A DNA stretch of 64,000 nt from an uncultured Gammaproteobacteria bacterium (GTDB taxonomy: Bacteria > Patescibacteriota > Microgenomatia > Levybacterales > GWA1-39-11), in NCBI GenBank assembly GCA_964427615.1, contig CAYRUR010000002.1, positions 81,847-145,846 of the forward strand, given 5' to 3'. Position numbers and translations under genes: made by a program. The notes beneath the pieces were generated by a model, which was not told the origin of the DNA, did no database searches, and saw only the letters and a list, made by a program, of their open reading frames with translations. This document shows, one piece after another, positions 19,250 to 29,952 of the stretch (positions are counted from its first letter, which is position 1; each line of letters starts with the position of its first letter).

Positions 19250-19620
19250 TATTTAAAATCCTAAGCACCACATTAGTATTAAGAGTTAAGAAGTAAGAAT
19301 TAAGTGTTTACTTAAAATTCTAAGCACTAAATCCTAAACCTTATTGTCATCACGAAGAAACGCTAATGGCTGTGGCGATCCCTGTTCATAAGGGGATTAC
19401 TTCGCTAACACTCGCAATGACGTCTGTTTAATAGTTTTCCCTAGACTCTAACCGCTATACGCTAATCGCTTATACATAGTTCTTGCCCTTTGTTCTCTGC
19501 TTACTGATTACTGTTTTCTTTTATTCATGAATCTCTCTTCGCTTTATAAACTTTATGAACTTTACAAACTTTCTACTCACCTCAAACTCGTTAACCCTTT
19601 AACTCGCAACCTATTAGCTT
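19250..19620. repeat. Composite intergenic repeat: 7/8/9-mer tandem arrays plus REP-like palindrome GTCAT...ATGAC (19346-19421)
   Basis: Modules shared in the same order with 38572-38812. Confidence 0.8.
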
Positions 19621-19623
19621 ACT

Positions 19624-20037
19624 CTACATCTCCTGAGAAGCTTGTCCAACTGTCTGACTTTTACTAATATCCTCAAGCATTCTTTTGACTTCCTCTACCA
19701 TCTGATCAGGAGTGTATTGTGCTTTCATAAGATATCCGTGCGCTCCTAAGGTAAATGCTTCTTTAATAACTGCATCTTGAGATAAATTGGTAAGCATAAT
19801 CACCGGTATAGTTTTTGTGATTGCATCACTTTTAAGTGTTTTTAGAATTTCTATTCCATCCATATCAGGCAACATGATATCCAAAAGAATAAGATCGTAA
19901 GGATTCTTTTTGGCTTCTGCCAAACCTTCATTTCCCATTGCAGATACATCTACAGTAAATCCTGCTAATTCTAGTTGCCTTTTGTATAAGAAACTGAGAG
20001 GCCCTTGGTCTTCAAAAATTAAAATTCTCTTATTCAT
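19624..20037 (-). CDS. Single-domain response regulator (CheY-like receiver)
   Basis: ILIFED, LLDIMLPDMDG, IMLTN, YLMK. Confidence 0.93.
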   Translation of the reverse strand: MNKRILIFEDQGPLSFLYKRQLELAGFTVDVSAMGNEGLAEAKKNPYDLILLDIMLPDMDGIEILKTLKSDAITKTIPVIMLTNLSQDAVIKEAFTLGAHGYLMKAQYTPDQMVEEVKRMLEDISKSQTVGQASQEM

Positions 20038-20116
20038 ATAATTATTGTACTATTAAGCTTATATAGTATTACACGTTTGTGCTTTTCCTGCAATAGCTCT
20101 CAAGAAAAAAAAGGAA

Positions 20117-22375
20117 TTACCCTTTATCAACTGGTAATGAGAAACTAAATACTGATCCTTTTCCTTCTTCTGATTCCACCCAGATTTTTCCACCATGCAT
20201 CTCAACAATTGATTTTGAGATATAAAGACCCATTCCTGTTCCATTTGTCCCTTGTTCTAAATTCTTCTTTACCCTGAAAAATTTCGTGAATAAATGCTCA
20301 ATATCTTTTTGTGCTATACCTTTTCCAGTATCTTTTACATGAGTTATTACCTGTCCGTCCTTTTGCTCAATGGTAACAGTGATAGATCCACCCTGTGGAG
20401 TGTAATTAATTGCATTTGAAAGGAGATTTGATATAACTTCAGTAATACGCATCGTGTCAACAGAAAGTGATGGTACTGGCTCACTAGGCTCAACAAAAGT
20501 AAGTTGTATCTGCTTTTCCTGTGCACTAATTTTTACGGTATCAACCGTTTTGTTTACTAAAACTATCCAGTCTGTAGGTTGTTTTGAAATAGTAAATACG
20601 CCCTGCTCTATTTTACTCATATTTAGTAGATTCTGAATAAGAGCCATAAGTTGGTCAGAAGCAATATTGATTTGGTCAAGGAACATCTTTTGCTCATCTG
20701 AGAATTTCCCTTCATTTTCTTTCATAAAAATAGAAAGATATCCACGGATAGACGTAAGAGGCGTACGCAATTCATGAGCAGCCATAGATACAAAATCCAG
20801 TTTCATTTTTTCCAGTTCTTGTTCTTGCGTAACATCATGCAAAACAAGAATACAACTCAAATTTACGCTTCTCCCCTCTTTAATTTGCCCAGCAACAACA
20901 TGCACAAATGCCTTTTTAACACTAGTGGTAAGAGCCAAATTTTCTTTACGAAATACTGCACCTTCAGATGAGGAATCGTTAATAGGACTGTACGTTGCAG
21001 AGGGAATCTCTGTATTACCATCATAGAGCTTGAACACTTCATCTATTCGCTTCCCTATCACCTGTTCTGCTGAAAACCCGGTAACTATTTGTGCAGCTTT
21101 ATTAAAAATAACAATCTTTCTCTCAAAATCAACGCCAATTACCGCATCAGCAATACTGGAAATAGCCACTGCCATTTTATTTCGTTCTGCATTAATAACA
21201 TTTTTATCATGTTCTTGTTTTTGAAAAGCCTGCGCAAGATCAGCTGCCATTTTATTAAAAGTATTTGCCAATTCTTCAATTTCATCACCAGTTTTAATAG
21301 TTAACTGTTGATTAAAGTTGCCTTGACCCAACAAACGGCTACCCTGCTGCAACTCTTCGATAGGCTCTACAATTTTGCTAGAGATAAAAAGACCTGCCAA
21401 GCTAATAATAGAAAGCGTTATGATAAACAAAATAATAGAAAATATGCCTGCACGGTTAATTGCTGCCAACATGTCAGATACGGGGACTTGTGCAATAACA
21501 CCCCAATTGGTAAGCGGAACAGAGTTGTAGGTAGTAAGTGAGGGCTCATTTACTTCACTTGAAAGCTCTTCAACTGGTCCAGCAGTCTTTGTATTATTGG
21601 TAAGATTGGTGAGAAAGTTATGTACTACTGGAATATTTTTCATATTCCGCATATGAGAAAGATAAGATTTATCAGGATGCGTTAAAAGATTCCCTTTATC
21701 ATCCACTACATACACATATCCTGTTGTACCCATTTTTACAGCATTTATTCTTTGCCAAAGAGTATTTAACTGCACTTTCTCAACTAGTACTCCAAATACC
21801 TCACCGCTTTTGCGAGATGTACCTATGGATGAAGTTGATAAATTCTGCAGCTGCTGTGCATCTTTTGGCAATACAATGGGAACCGCAATATTTACGGATG
21901 GATTCCCTGCTTCATCAAGATACATAGGGCTGATGTATTTATTACCACCAACAAAAGTAGTAATTTTAAAAGCAGGATTATCTGATTGATCACGGAGTTC
22001 GTTCTGAGGATATATTCTATTTCTGCTAACACGAGCAATTTCTCTCCCGTTTTTATCTAACAACTGCAGCTCTTGAATATCCTGGTCTTGCAATAAAAAG
22101 TTTTGCATCTCAATAGTAGCAACTGATACATTTTTCTGTAATACTGCTTCTGTCTGTGAATGGATAATAAGGCTAATAATTTTAGTAGTTAAGAAGCTGC
22201 TAATTCTGTCTGCTGTTGCAGAAGCAGTTATTGCTACTTGATCAGAAGTAGCAATTTTAATCTCACTTTTAAAGGTCGTAAACCAAATAATATTAACGAT
22301 AAGAAGTGAGATACCTGCAAGAAGGATAAAAAAGAAAGGTAATTTAAATTTCAGTGTCGTTTTGGGCAGACGCAT
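20117..22375 (-). CDS. Sensor histidine kinase (Cache-HAMP-PAS-HisKA-HATPase)
   Basis: Two TMs, GYVYVVDDKGNLLTHP, GDEIEELANTFN, AAHELRTPLT, NLLSNAINY, DTGKGI, GTGMGL. Confidence 0.95.
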   Translation of the reverse strand: MRLPKTTLKFKLPFFFILLAGISLLIVNIIWFTTFKSEIKIATSDQVAITASATADRISSFLTTKIISLIIHSQTEAVLQKNVSVATIEMQNFLLQDQDIQELQLLDKNGREIARVSRNRIYPQNELRDQSDNPAFKITTFVGGNKYISPMYLDEAGNPSVNIAVPIVLPKDAQQLQNLSTSSIGTSRKSGEVFGVLVEKVQLNTLWQRINAVKMGTTGYVYVVDDKGNLLTHPDKSYLSHMRNMKNIPVVHNFLTNLTNNTKTAGPVEELSSEVNEPSLTTYNSVPLTNWGVIAQVPVSDMLAAINRAGIFSIILFIITLSIISLAGLFISSKIVEPIEELQQGSRLLGQGNFNQQLTIKTGDEIEELANTFNKMAADLAQAFQKQEHDKNVINAERNKMAVAISSIADAVIGVDFERKIVIFNKAAQIVTGFSAEQVIGKRIDEVFKLYDGNTEIPSATYSPINDSSSEGAVFRKENLALTTSVKKAFVHVVAGQIKEGRSVNLSCILVLHDVTQEQELEKMKLDFVSMAAHELRTPLTSIRGYLSIFMKENEGKFSDEQKMFLDQINIASDQLMALIQNLLNMSKIEQGVFTISKQPTDWIVLVNKTVDTVKISAQEKQIQLTFVEPSEPVPSLSVDTMRITEVISNLLSNAINYTPQGGSITVTIEQKDGQVITHVKDTGKGIAQKDIEHLFTKFFRVKKNLEQGTNGTGMGLYISKSIVEMHGGKIWVESEEGKGSVFSFSLPVDKG

Positions 22376-22446
22376 AGGTATAATTTGATTATAGCAAGCA
22401 TATTACATCTTGACTATAACCATAATATATTCTAGAGTTAATATAT

Positions 22447-23223
22447 ATGCAAAATTCTGAGCAAGATAATTCACCTCTTTCACCTAGTAACGCTCAGCCT
22501 GTCTCCACACCTCCATCAGCTGAGAATACTGTAGATTCTCAAGAAACAACTCCTACTCCTTTCCCATCTGCCAATGAGGTTCCACCTTCTGAAACACCGC
22601 CTACACCACCAACAGAACCGGTATCACCTCCTGAGAAACCTCGCCGTTCTTCCCTGTACTATTTAATAACCCTGATACTCTTTATTGTAGGTATTGCACT
22701 TGGGTTTTCCTTATTCAAACTCATGCCTGCAGAAAGTAAAAAAATAGCACCTCAGAAAGAAGCAACTGCAGATACTCTGACGCTTCCAAGCGACGCAGTA
22801 CAAATACAGGAATGTGCAAGTCACAAAGGAACACTGTATATAAGACCAACAGATATACCAGTTGGTCCTGTATACATGGTACATAAGGGAAAAGTGATAG
22901 GTCTTGAGTTTATGCTTGGGAAAGACGAATTTCTACAAGGAAAGAATTATGAGAATCTTCAAGGATTGGGCATGAAAGTAGATCATGTAAGCATCGGTCT
23001 TCTCTCACAAGGCCATGAAGGATATACAGCACCTCACTATCATGTAGATTTTTACAACGTCTCAAGAGAAATCAAAGACGCAATTACCTGTCCTACTAAC
23101 GCCAATTCCCCTACTACCCCTTCATCCTCATCAAGCGCTACCCCAAATGCTACCCCGTCCTCAACAATGACTCCATCATCCCCAAGTGGAGCAATGCAAA
23201 CAGAACCTCACATGGCCCACTAA
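22447..23223 (+). CDS. Single-pass membrane protein with His-rich extracellular domain (DUF5602/TTHB210-like)
   Basis: Pro/Thr-rich N-terminus, TM, GHEGYTAPHYHVDFY, Cys pair. Confidence 0.65.
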   Translation: MQNSEQDNSPLSPSNAQPVSTPPSAENTVDSQETTPTPFPSANEVPPSETPPTPPTEPVSPPEKPRRSSLYYLITLILFIVGIALGFSLFKLMPAESKKIAPQKEATADTLTLPSDAVQIQECASHKGTLYIRPTDIPVGPVYMVHKGKVIGLEFMLGKDEFLQGKNYENLQGLGMKVDHVSIGLLSQGHEGYTAPHYHVDFYNVSREIKDAITCPTNANSPTTPSSSSSATPNATPSSTMTPSSPSGAMQTEPHMAH

Positions 23224-23307
23224 TAATTCCACACTTTATACTCGTGGAATAGCTTATTTATTTGACTCTTTTGTTTTGTAAAGTATAAAATACATCGTAT
23301 AACCCTT

Positions 23308-23973
23308 ATGACACAGAAACAATCCGCGCTTTTTTACATGTCCTTTTTTGCTGTCGTAAGTATGCTTCTCATGCCTCTGATTATCGGACTTATGGAGTTA
23401 TTAAATCTTCCCATAACGCTTTTCTTTGAAAATAGCAGATATGCTGTAGATAATTTTATTTTCTTCTTAAGAGTAACTACTTTTCCACTCCTTGCACTGC
23501 TTTTAATGTACAAACTTTCCATAAAAACAAAAAATCAAAACATATTTTTTTTGATAACCTTTTTACTGTTAGCAATTACGTCTTATTTTAATTTTCACAC
23601 AAAAGCTGTCTTACAAGATACAAATAATGCATTAAAACTTCTTTTTATAGGTATTCCCTTAGGTATCTACACTTCCTTTGTTCTTACCTATTTTTGGAGA
23701 AAAATAATGGTGCAAAAAGAATATGCAAAAGCACAACTATTACGTCTTCCTTTATTACTAACACTGGCTTTGCTTTTTATAGAATTGATTTCATCAATTG
23801 TTTTCTTTGATTCATTTATCCTCAGTATTTACATCATGATAGGAGAATTTTTGAAGAACAGGCAAATAGTAGACATTTTCTACCTGGACTACTATGGATT
23901 TGCAGGACTTTTCTTAAGCCTTGTCACCTCTACTTCTGCTCTGGCAATGTCTCATCCTCAGAAGAAAAAGTAA
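23308..23973 (+). CDS. Multi-pass membrane hypothetical protein
   Basis: About 6 hydrophobic segments. Confidence 0.65.
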   Translation: MTQKQSALFYMSFFAVVSMLLMPLIIGLMELLNLPITLFFENSRYAVDNFIFFLRVTTFPLLALLLMYKLSIKTKNQNIFFLITFLLLAITSYFNFHTKAVLQDTNNALKLLFIGIPLGIYTSFVLTYFWRKIMVQKEYAKAQLLRLPLLLTLALLFIELISSIVFFDSFILSIYIMIGEFLKNRQIVDIFYLDYYGFAGLFLSLVTSTSALAMSHPQKKK

Positions 23974-23988
23974 TGATCACGAAGTGTA

Positions 23989-26900
23989 CTAGAGAGAGGA
24001 GGAACGTCTTCTTACTCTCTTTTTTCTGAAGAATATGAAGAAGGATCCTACAACAATAGCAAGTAAGAAACCTGCTGCTGTCATAATGTAAGGATTACCC
24101 GATATACCTGCTGGTTTTACTTGTATGGTTAATTCCTGCTTCTTCACATCTCCATCCAAGTTAATACTTTGCTCTCCTTTAACATTCCCATAGGATATAA
24201 TGACCCGATGCTGTCCTGCTTCTACATCTTCAAAAGTAACCCAACCATCTTTATCAGTAGTACCAGTTCTGGGAGTTGAGTGCACTGTCACGCTTGCCCC
24301 TCCAACTGGTTTTTTATTTGTATCAATAACTTGAATTGTCAAATCATACGTTTTCTGATCAGAACCTATTTGTTCCTGAGGGTCTGACTGATCGGTGTTC
24401 TCCTGCTGTGTTTTACCTTGAGAGCAGGAAGTGGTTAGAATCCATCCTGGTTCTACATTATTTGATTTCTCAAGGCTTGGATATTTCTGTTTATTTTTTT
24501 CAATCAGTTCTTTATACCTATTTCCATCTCCTAATATTTTTTCTGCAATCTCCCACAATCCATCCCCTGCTTGTACCGTATATGTTTGGCAAACGTTTTT
24601 CTTTTCTTTTTCATTTCCACCAACTGGCTTTAGTTCTGAAAAGACAATAGGATTGTTACCAGCATTTACTCCTAATGTTTTAGCAGAAATTTCATTTGAC
24701 CATTCCCCGGTGGCACAACCATTCCCTGCTCTCACTCTGAAGTAATACGTTGTATTAGGACTCAAGCCTTTGACAGTATAGGTCCTCGTACCTTTTCCAC
24801 CAATATTCTCCACTCCAAATTGATATTCTCCTGACTTAGTACCATACTGCAATACATAATGATCATACGGATCTTGAGCATCGGTAAAATATAGTTCTAC
24901 AGTCTCAGCATCTTTGGCAAGAGCTGCATACAATGAAACCACTTTTTCTCCAGGAGTTAATGCAGAACAAACAGATGAGGAAGGTGAAGGTACAGTCTGA
25001 GAAGAATCAGCAGAAGGAAGTGAATCCTTTAATACGAAAGTGTGCGTAGAAAAACCCTCATCGTATGTAAAAGATAAAGATCCTCCACCATCTGTTTTTA
25101 ATTCTCTCCATAAACTATCATCACGAAAGATATAAAAGGTTTTATTGACTGGAAGATTCGAAAAAACTATGTCTACACTCTGATTTGTATCACTTGCCAT
25201 TCTCCACTTGCGATAATTATCTCTCCAATCTTCTATCGTGATATCAACATTTCCTGAAGTAACCGTAGCTGTCATATCTCTTTTTACATATTTTACTACT
25301 CTATCATGCTGGGCTGTACCTTTTAGTACGTTACCAGCACTACTTACTCGATTATAGTAATCTGTCGTTTTTGTCCAATCATTCGTGTTATCTAAATAAG
25401 CCTGGTAAATACTATTACCCCCTGTTGACTTGTCAATTAAGTATGACGATCCTATGTTATTAGGGAAAAAATAAGCTGTTGGATAAATATCATTAAGAAG
25501 TTCTAAAAGGTAATAATCTGAAAATGCAAAAGTAAAATCACTTGTACTAGAGTAAGTCAAACCATACTTATTCACAGTATCATAATCTGAATTTTTCGTC
25601 TTCATTTCTAATATAAAAAGTTCTTCTCCTCTCTTTTGCCAATTATTACGCTTTGATTGGGGGTAACTTGTATCTTGAGCCAGCTTTAATAAGTTGTAAG
25701 AGATTATTGAACTTCTCCTTTGATCTGATCTCAAATCAGTTATGGGTCTATCTGCAAGATTATCTGCTAATTTTACTAATGAATCACTAATTTTCGTTAC
25801 CAATGATTGCTGAGTAGTATCATTTTCTATTAAATCTTTAAATTCACGCAATCCATTTAATGCCCATCCTTGCCCTCCATCCCAAAAGATTGGACCGTTA
25901 ATAGTATCTGTGGCATAGTTATACCGTTGATAAAACCAGCCTTCAGGAGTTTGTAGTTTGTCAATCATTGTGTTAATCATTTTAATCGCATCACTTTTAT
26001 ATGTGTCGTTATTCAGAAGCTTCCCCATATACCAGAAAAATTGAGGCTTTCCTCCACCAGCATCAATCCAAAATTCACTTCCTGCTCCAGAACTATGAGA
26101 AAAATTATCGTAGGTTACATTATAAGCTGCACGTGAATAACTAAGAATATCTCCCATTGCATTATAAAGACTTATATCTCCTGTTTCTTCATATGCTGGT
26201 TTAATTGTTGTCCAACCAGCAAAAGTACAGTCAGTATAATTTCCCGCACCTAGAGGATAACATCGTAAATCAGAGGTTCCTGTTCTAATGGTATCTTTAG
26301 TACGTTCAGCTTGTTCGTTTCTTAATTCTGGATATCCCAACTCATCAAATACACCTCCCATAAATGCATTATCCCAATCAGCGCCTTTATAATTAAGAAT
26401 ACTTTTTCTAATCTGATTAGCAAAAACTCCACCATAATTCCCTTCTAGCACTTCAGGACGATTATGAATATAGTGAAATTCCAACATGTCTTTTACACTT
26501 CTATACTGGTCGTACTTCGGATCAAGCGTTATGCTTCCTATTGCTTGATGTGAGTTATCATTTGGATCGAAGAGTTTGAAAGTAAAACTTAATGTGACAT
26601 CTCTATTATAAGTTCGAGGAGCATGAATTGTTTTACTAAAACTACCTAGAGCGTCGGTAGTGACCGTCCACATTGGATATTTTTGTATTTTATCTACATA
26701 TACATTATTACTCCCCACCTTTAAAAATCGCCATTCAAAGCTAGGAACTCCTTTATCTTTATCAAACACCTTAGTCCATGTAACCCAACTGGAAGAACCA
26801 GTACTATCTACATCAACCGTCTGTGCATATCCACCTCCATTTGACCAGTAGATGTCAGATGCTCCTATGCGAAAATAAGGTGTTGCTGCTACTGCGTCGT

Positions 26901-27291
26901 AATAGCGTATAAAAACAAGCACATTCTCAAATTCATCATATGCATGAGAATATGACCAACCTGTTCCGAACTCTAGTGTACCTGTATACTGTTTTGCCGT
27001 CTCCCCTTGATAAGTAGTATCTGTGTAATCTTTTTCAGGACCACCATCATAGTTGTATAGATAGTAAGTATGATTAGGAATAAGACCACTGCCTGTTATC
27101 GTAATTTGCTCTCCGAGAAAAGGTGTTGTGTTACTTATTGAAAAAGATGAAGATGCAGAAACCTTAGGAATAATTATTGTAAATAGTAAAGAAAAGAATA
27201 GAGATAAGTTAAAAAGGAAAAAGAATAATCTCCTGGTATTCTGACTATAGTCTAATATAGGAGAAAAAAGCTTTCTATTAACAAATACCAT
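23989..27291 (-). CDS. Large surface protein: GH88/GH105-like alpha-barrel, FN3, LysM, prealbumin-like fold, C-terminal TM anchor
   Basis: FWIDA, FWDGGQGWALNGL; GLSPNTTYYFRVRAGNGC (FN3); YTVQAGDGLWEIAEK (LysM); TM followed by RKKRVRRR. Confidence 0.75.
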   Translation of the reverse strand: MVFVNRKLFSPILDYSQNTRRLFFFLFNLSLFFSLLFTIIIPKVSASSSFSISNTTPFLGEQITITGSGLIPNHTYYLYNYDGGPEKDYTDTTYQGETAKQYTGTLEFGTGWSYSHAYDEFENVLVFIRYYDAVAATPYFRIGASDIYWSNGGGYAQTVDVDSTGSSSWVTWTKVFDKDKGVPSFEWRFLKVGSNNVYVDKIQKYPMWTVTTDALGSFSKTIHAPRTYNRDVTLSFTFKLFDPNDNSHQAIGSITLDPKYDQYRSVKDMLEFHYIHNRPEVLEGNYGGVFANQIRKSILNYKGADWDNAFMGGVFDELGYPELRNEQAERTKDTIRTGTSDLRCYPLGAGNYTDCTFAGWTTIKPAYEETGDISLYNAMGDILSYSRAAYNVTYDNFSHSSGAGSEFWIDAGGGKPQFFWYMGKLLNNDTYKSDAIKMINTMIDKLQTPEGWFYQRYNYATDTINGPIFWDGGQGWALNGLREFKDLIENDTTQQSLVTKISDSLVKLADNLADRPITDLRSDQRRSSIISYNLLKLAQDTSYPQSKRNNWQKRGEELFILEMKTKNSDYDTVNKYGLTYSSTSDFTFAFSDYYLLELLNDIYPTAYFFPNNIGSSYLIDKSTGGNSIYQAYLDNTNDWTKTTDYYNRVSSAGNVLKGTAQHDRVVKYVKRDMTATVTSGNVDITIEDWRDNYRKWRMASDTNQSVDIVFSNLPVNKTFYIFRDDSLWRELKTDGGGSLSFTYDEGFSTHTFVLKDSLPSADSSQTVPSPSSSVCSALTPGEKVVSLYAALAKDAETVELYFTDAQDPYDHYVLQYGTKSGEYQFGVENIGGKGTRTYTVKGLSPNTTYYFRVRAGNGCATGEWSNEISAKTLGVNAGNNPIVFSELKPVGGNEKEKKNVCQTYTVQAGDGLWEIAEKILGDGNRYKELIEKNKQKYPSLEKSNNVEPGWILTTSCSQGKTQQENTDQSDPQEQIGSDQKTYDLTIQVIDTNKKPVGGASVTVHSTPRTGTTDKDGWVTFEDVEAGQHRVIISYGNVKGEQSINLDGDVKKQELTIQVKPAGISGNPYIMTAAGFLLAIVVGSFFIFFRKKRVRRRSSSL

Positions 27292-27374
27292 AATTTAACC
27301 ATATCACACTTTAAATAAAAATGCTAGTTATAATCTGTAGATTATGATGATGATAAATATCAGACTAGTAGGAT

Positions 27375-27587
27375 ATGAAGACTACTGCTACTAGAATATA
27401 TTTTGGAAAACAACTAAAAATACTACGTAAGAAAAATGGATTTTCTCAAGAAGAACTAGGATTTCGAGCAGGTCTTCATAGAACTTATATAGGATCTGTT
27501 GAGCGAGGAGAACAAAATATATCAATCGATAACATTGAGAAGTTAGCAGAAGCACTTCGCATCTCCCCAAAGGAATTCTTCGAATAA
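27375..27587 (+). CDS. XRE-family HTH regulator (RM controller-protein-like)
   Basis: SQEELGFRAGLHRTYIGSVERGEQNISIDNIEKLAEAL. Confidence 0.9.
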   Translation: MKTTATRIYFGKQLKILRKKNGFSQEELGFRAGLHRTYIGSVERGEQNISIDNIEKLAEALRISPKEFFE

Positions 27588-27720
27588 CAAAATATAGATC
27601 AAATTATCAATCCTTTACAATTCTCGCTTTTCTGTGCTTTTTAAAACCCTTCTCTCATCTCTTAACAAACTCTCACGCTCCTCTACCTCCATTTTAATTC
27701 TTGAAATATACAATGTAATA

Positions 27721-28086
27721 ATGAGACTGCAAGGAGTTCTTATTTTCTCAGAAGACCCTAACACTCTGGTAGAGTTTTATAAAAAAGTTTTACAACAAGA
27801 ACCTACATGGTCAGGAGGAGATTTCACTGGATTTGTTACAGAAAATGAATACCTTACCATAGGACCTCATGATAAAGTACATGGAAAAAACACGAATCCT
27901 GAAAGAATCATGATAAATTTTGAAACAGATGAGGTAGAGAAAGAATTTGAAAGAATAAAAGCATTGGGTACACCTGTTGTTGCAGAGCCCTATGCTCCGG
28001 CAGAAGAATCAAGCATGCAAATTGCAACGTTTCAAGACCCTGATGGTAATTATTTCCAACTTACCTCTCCTATACAAGAAGGGTAA
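27721..28086 (+). CDS. VOC/glyoxalase family protein
   Basis: LVEFYKKVL, INFETDEVEKEFERI, FQDPDGNYFQL; start set to ATG 27721. Confidence 0.85.
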   Translation: MRLQGVLIFSEDPNTLVEFYKKVLQQEPTWSGGDFTGFVTENEYLTIGPHDKVHGKNTNPERIMINFETDEVEKEFERIKALGTPVVAEPYAPAEESSMQIATFQDPDGNYFQLTSPIQEG

Positions 28087-28103
28087 AAGGTATTATTCTG
28101 TAA

Positions 28104-29225
28104 TTATTTTTTTTCTAAATTTTCTCTAAAAAATTCTACAGTCCTTTGCATTGCCTGAGTAAAGCTGCTTCCATTAATATTATGTCCTCCAGATGAGTAT
28201 TCATAGAAAGTATGCTTTACCGCAGTTGCATCAAGGAGTGTATTCAAGTCCTTGCTATACCCAATATTTACCACGGTATCATCTTTGGCATGATGAATCT
28301 CAATTGCACCCTTCAGGTCTGAGAGATAATTTGTTACAGCCACCTGTTTCCAAAAAGGGCTATCTACACGAGGCTGTCCATACCTATTAAATAACTCTCT
28401 TCTTTTTCTTTGTCTCTCAGATTCATCCTGGGGAGGTCTATAGCTTGAGTCTTGAATACCGTATTTGAGCATATCTGTATAGGAATATACGGCGCCTGCC
28501 CAAATAACCCCTGCTGGAATATCAGGTTTCGCTGCCATGCTCCGCATCACAACGTTGCCTGCCATGCTATGTCCCCACAATCCTATTTTTTTAGCATTTA
28601 CAAAATCACTTGATTGTAAAGCAGCATAGGCATTTAATGTATCCACTACATAATCAGATCCAAAGTATCCCCCACCCGACTCACCTTCTGATTCTCCATG
28701 TCCTCGCAAATCAATTTTGAAAACCACAAATCCATGAGAAGCTAAATAGTCAACATAATCAACATACTTTTCAAGTGTTCTATATTGAGAAGGAGGAATA
28801 TATCCATGTACAAAAACAATAGCAGGCCATCCACCTGCAGGCATCTCACCTTTTGGTCTTGTAAGCAATCCGTGTATCTTAAAACCATCAGAATTATAGT
28901 AAGTAAGATAAGATGTATAGGTAGCCTTCTCTGCCACATGGGTCATTTCTCCTAACTCACTTTGATATATTTTCTCTCGCAAGTAGGGAATAGTTAACTC
29001 CTCAAAAGGAAATGGTGTAGGAGAAATAATAGAGTTAGATTTCTCACCATTAGAAGAAAAAAAACTCTTTTCTATTTTATTGCTATCACCCAGAAAATAG
29101 ATTCCTCCTACTACAGTAAGTACCAACATAAAGATAGTAACAACTATCCATATCTTTTTTGAGGCATAGGGTGCATGTTTTTGAGGCAGCATAGGACTAC
29201 CTGCGTTTTTTACTGTATCTTTCAT
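28104..29225 (-). CDS. Membrane-anchored alpha/beta hydrolase (S9-like)
   Basis: FVHGY, DLRGHGES, WGHSMAG, HHAKDD, GGHN. Confidence 0.88.
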   Translation of the reverse strand: MKDTVKNAGSPMLPQKHAPYASKKIWIVVTIFMLVLTVVGGIYFLGDSNKIEKSFFSSNGEKSNSIISPTPFPFEELTIPYLREKIYQSELGEMTHVAEKATYTSYLTYYNSDGFKIHGLLTRPKGEMPAGGWPAIVFVHGYIPPSQYRTLEKYVDYVDYLASHGFVVFKIDLRGHGESEGESGGGYFGSDYVVDTLNAYAALQSSDFVNAKKIGLWGHSMAGNVVMRSMAAKPDIPAGVIWAGAVYSYTDMLKYGIQDSSYRPPQDESERQRKRRELFNRYGQPRVDSPFWKQVAVTNYLSDLKGAIEIHHAKDDTVVNIGYSKDLNTLLDATAVKHTFYEYSSGGHNINGSSFTQAMQRTVEFFRENLEKK

Positions 29226-29303
29226 GGGGTACTAGTATACGAGATTTTTGGATACGTTAAAAGGCTTTTTTGGATGTATGTTTAATTCTTACACACAAAC
29301 ACA

Positions 29304-29822
29304 TTAGTCTTTTCCTAATGCTTCTTGGATACCTTTTACGTCTCTTTCTTTTACCGCTGTCATCAATTTCTTGATAGTATCAAAGATTACGGGTAACTCT
29401 AAATAATCAATACCAATTGCAACCCAGGCAAGCCAGGTAGGAAGTACCGTACCTCCCCCCCTCCCCGTCAACTCTTCTACTACAAATTCATCAGTAATCC
29501 AAAAAATATGCAAGAATTGGGAGTTAATAAAGAAAAGATAGAGAATACTTCTCATTTTGTGTCCTTTACGATACTCATTCAGGTAAATAAGTGAAGTAGT
29601 AATAATCGCTGGAATTTCCAAATAATCTACTAACAGTATCAAAAACTCCCATATACCCGTAATTTCAAAAAAGCTTTTTCCTACCAAACGTAAAGCTATT
29701 ACATGAGCACTTAACCAATAGAGATGCACCAGTTGTAAAAGAAAAAGGCCAACAGCAATACTGACATTTAAAATGTAGTGCCGCTCATACCAAGCAAAAA
29801 ATTGTTGTATTATTCTTTTCAT
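29304..29822 (-). CDS. Membrane hypothetical protein
   Basis: About 4 TMs with internal repeat DYLEIP/DYLELP and HLYW/HIFW. Confidence 0.7.
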   Translation of the reverse strand: MKRIIQQFFAWYERHYILNVSIAVGLFLLQLVHLYWLSAHVIALRLVGKSFFEITGIWEFLILLVDYLEIPAIITTSLIYLNEYRKGHKMRSILYLFFINSQFLHIFWITDEFVVEELTGRGGGTVLPTWLAWVAIGIDYLELPVIFDTIKKLMTAVKERDVKGIQEALGKD

Positions 29823-29952
29823 AGTAATCTCTTGTCTGTTTCTATTATGCAAAAAGTATTAAAAAAATGCCAACCAATACATTACATTTTCAAACACTCT
29901 CTCATCTTGCGCGTTTGCACCTGGCAAAGGAATATGGTATAAAAAACACCTC

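Noticed and set aside
19250-19620. Possible CRISPR array or tRNA
   Set aside because: No constant 23-47-bp repeat with unique spacers and no cloverleaf or T-loop
27300-27587. Restriction-modification system
   Set aside because: Controller-like HTH only; no methyltransferase or endonuclease adjacent and no clear C-box
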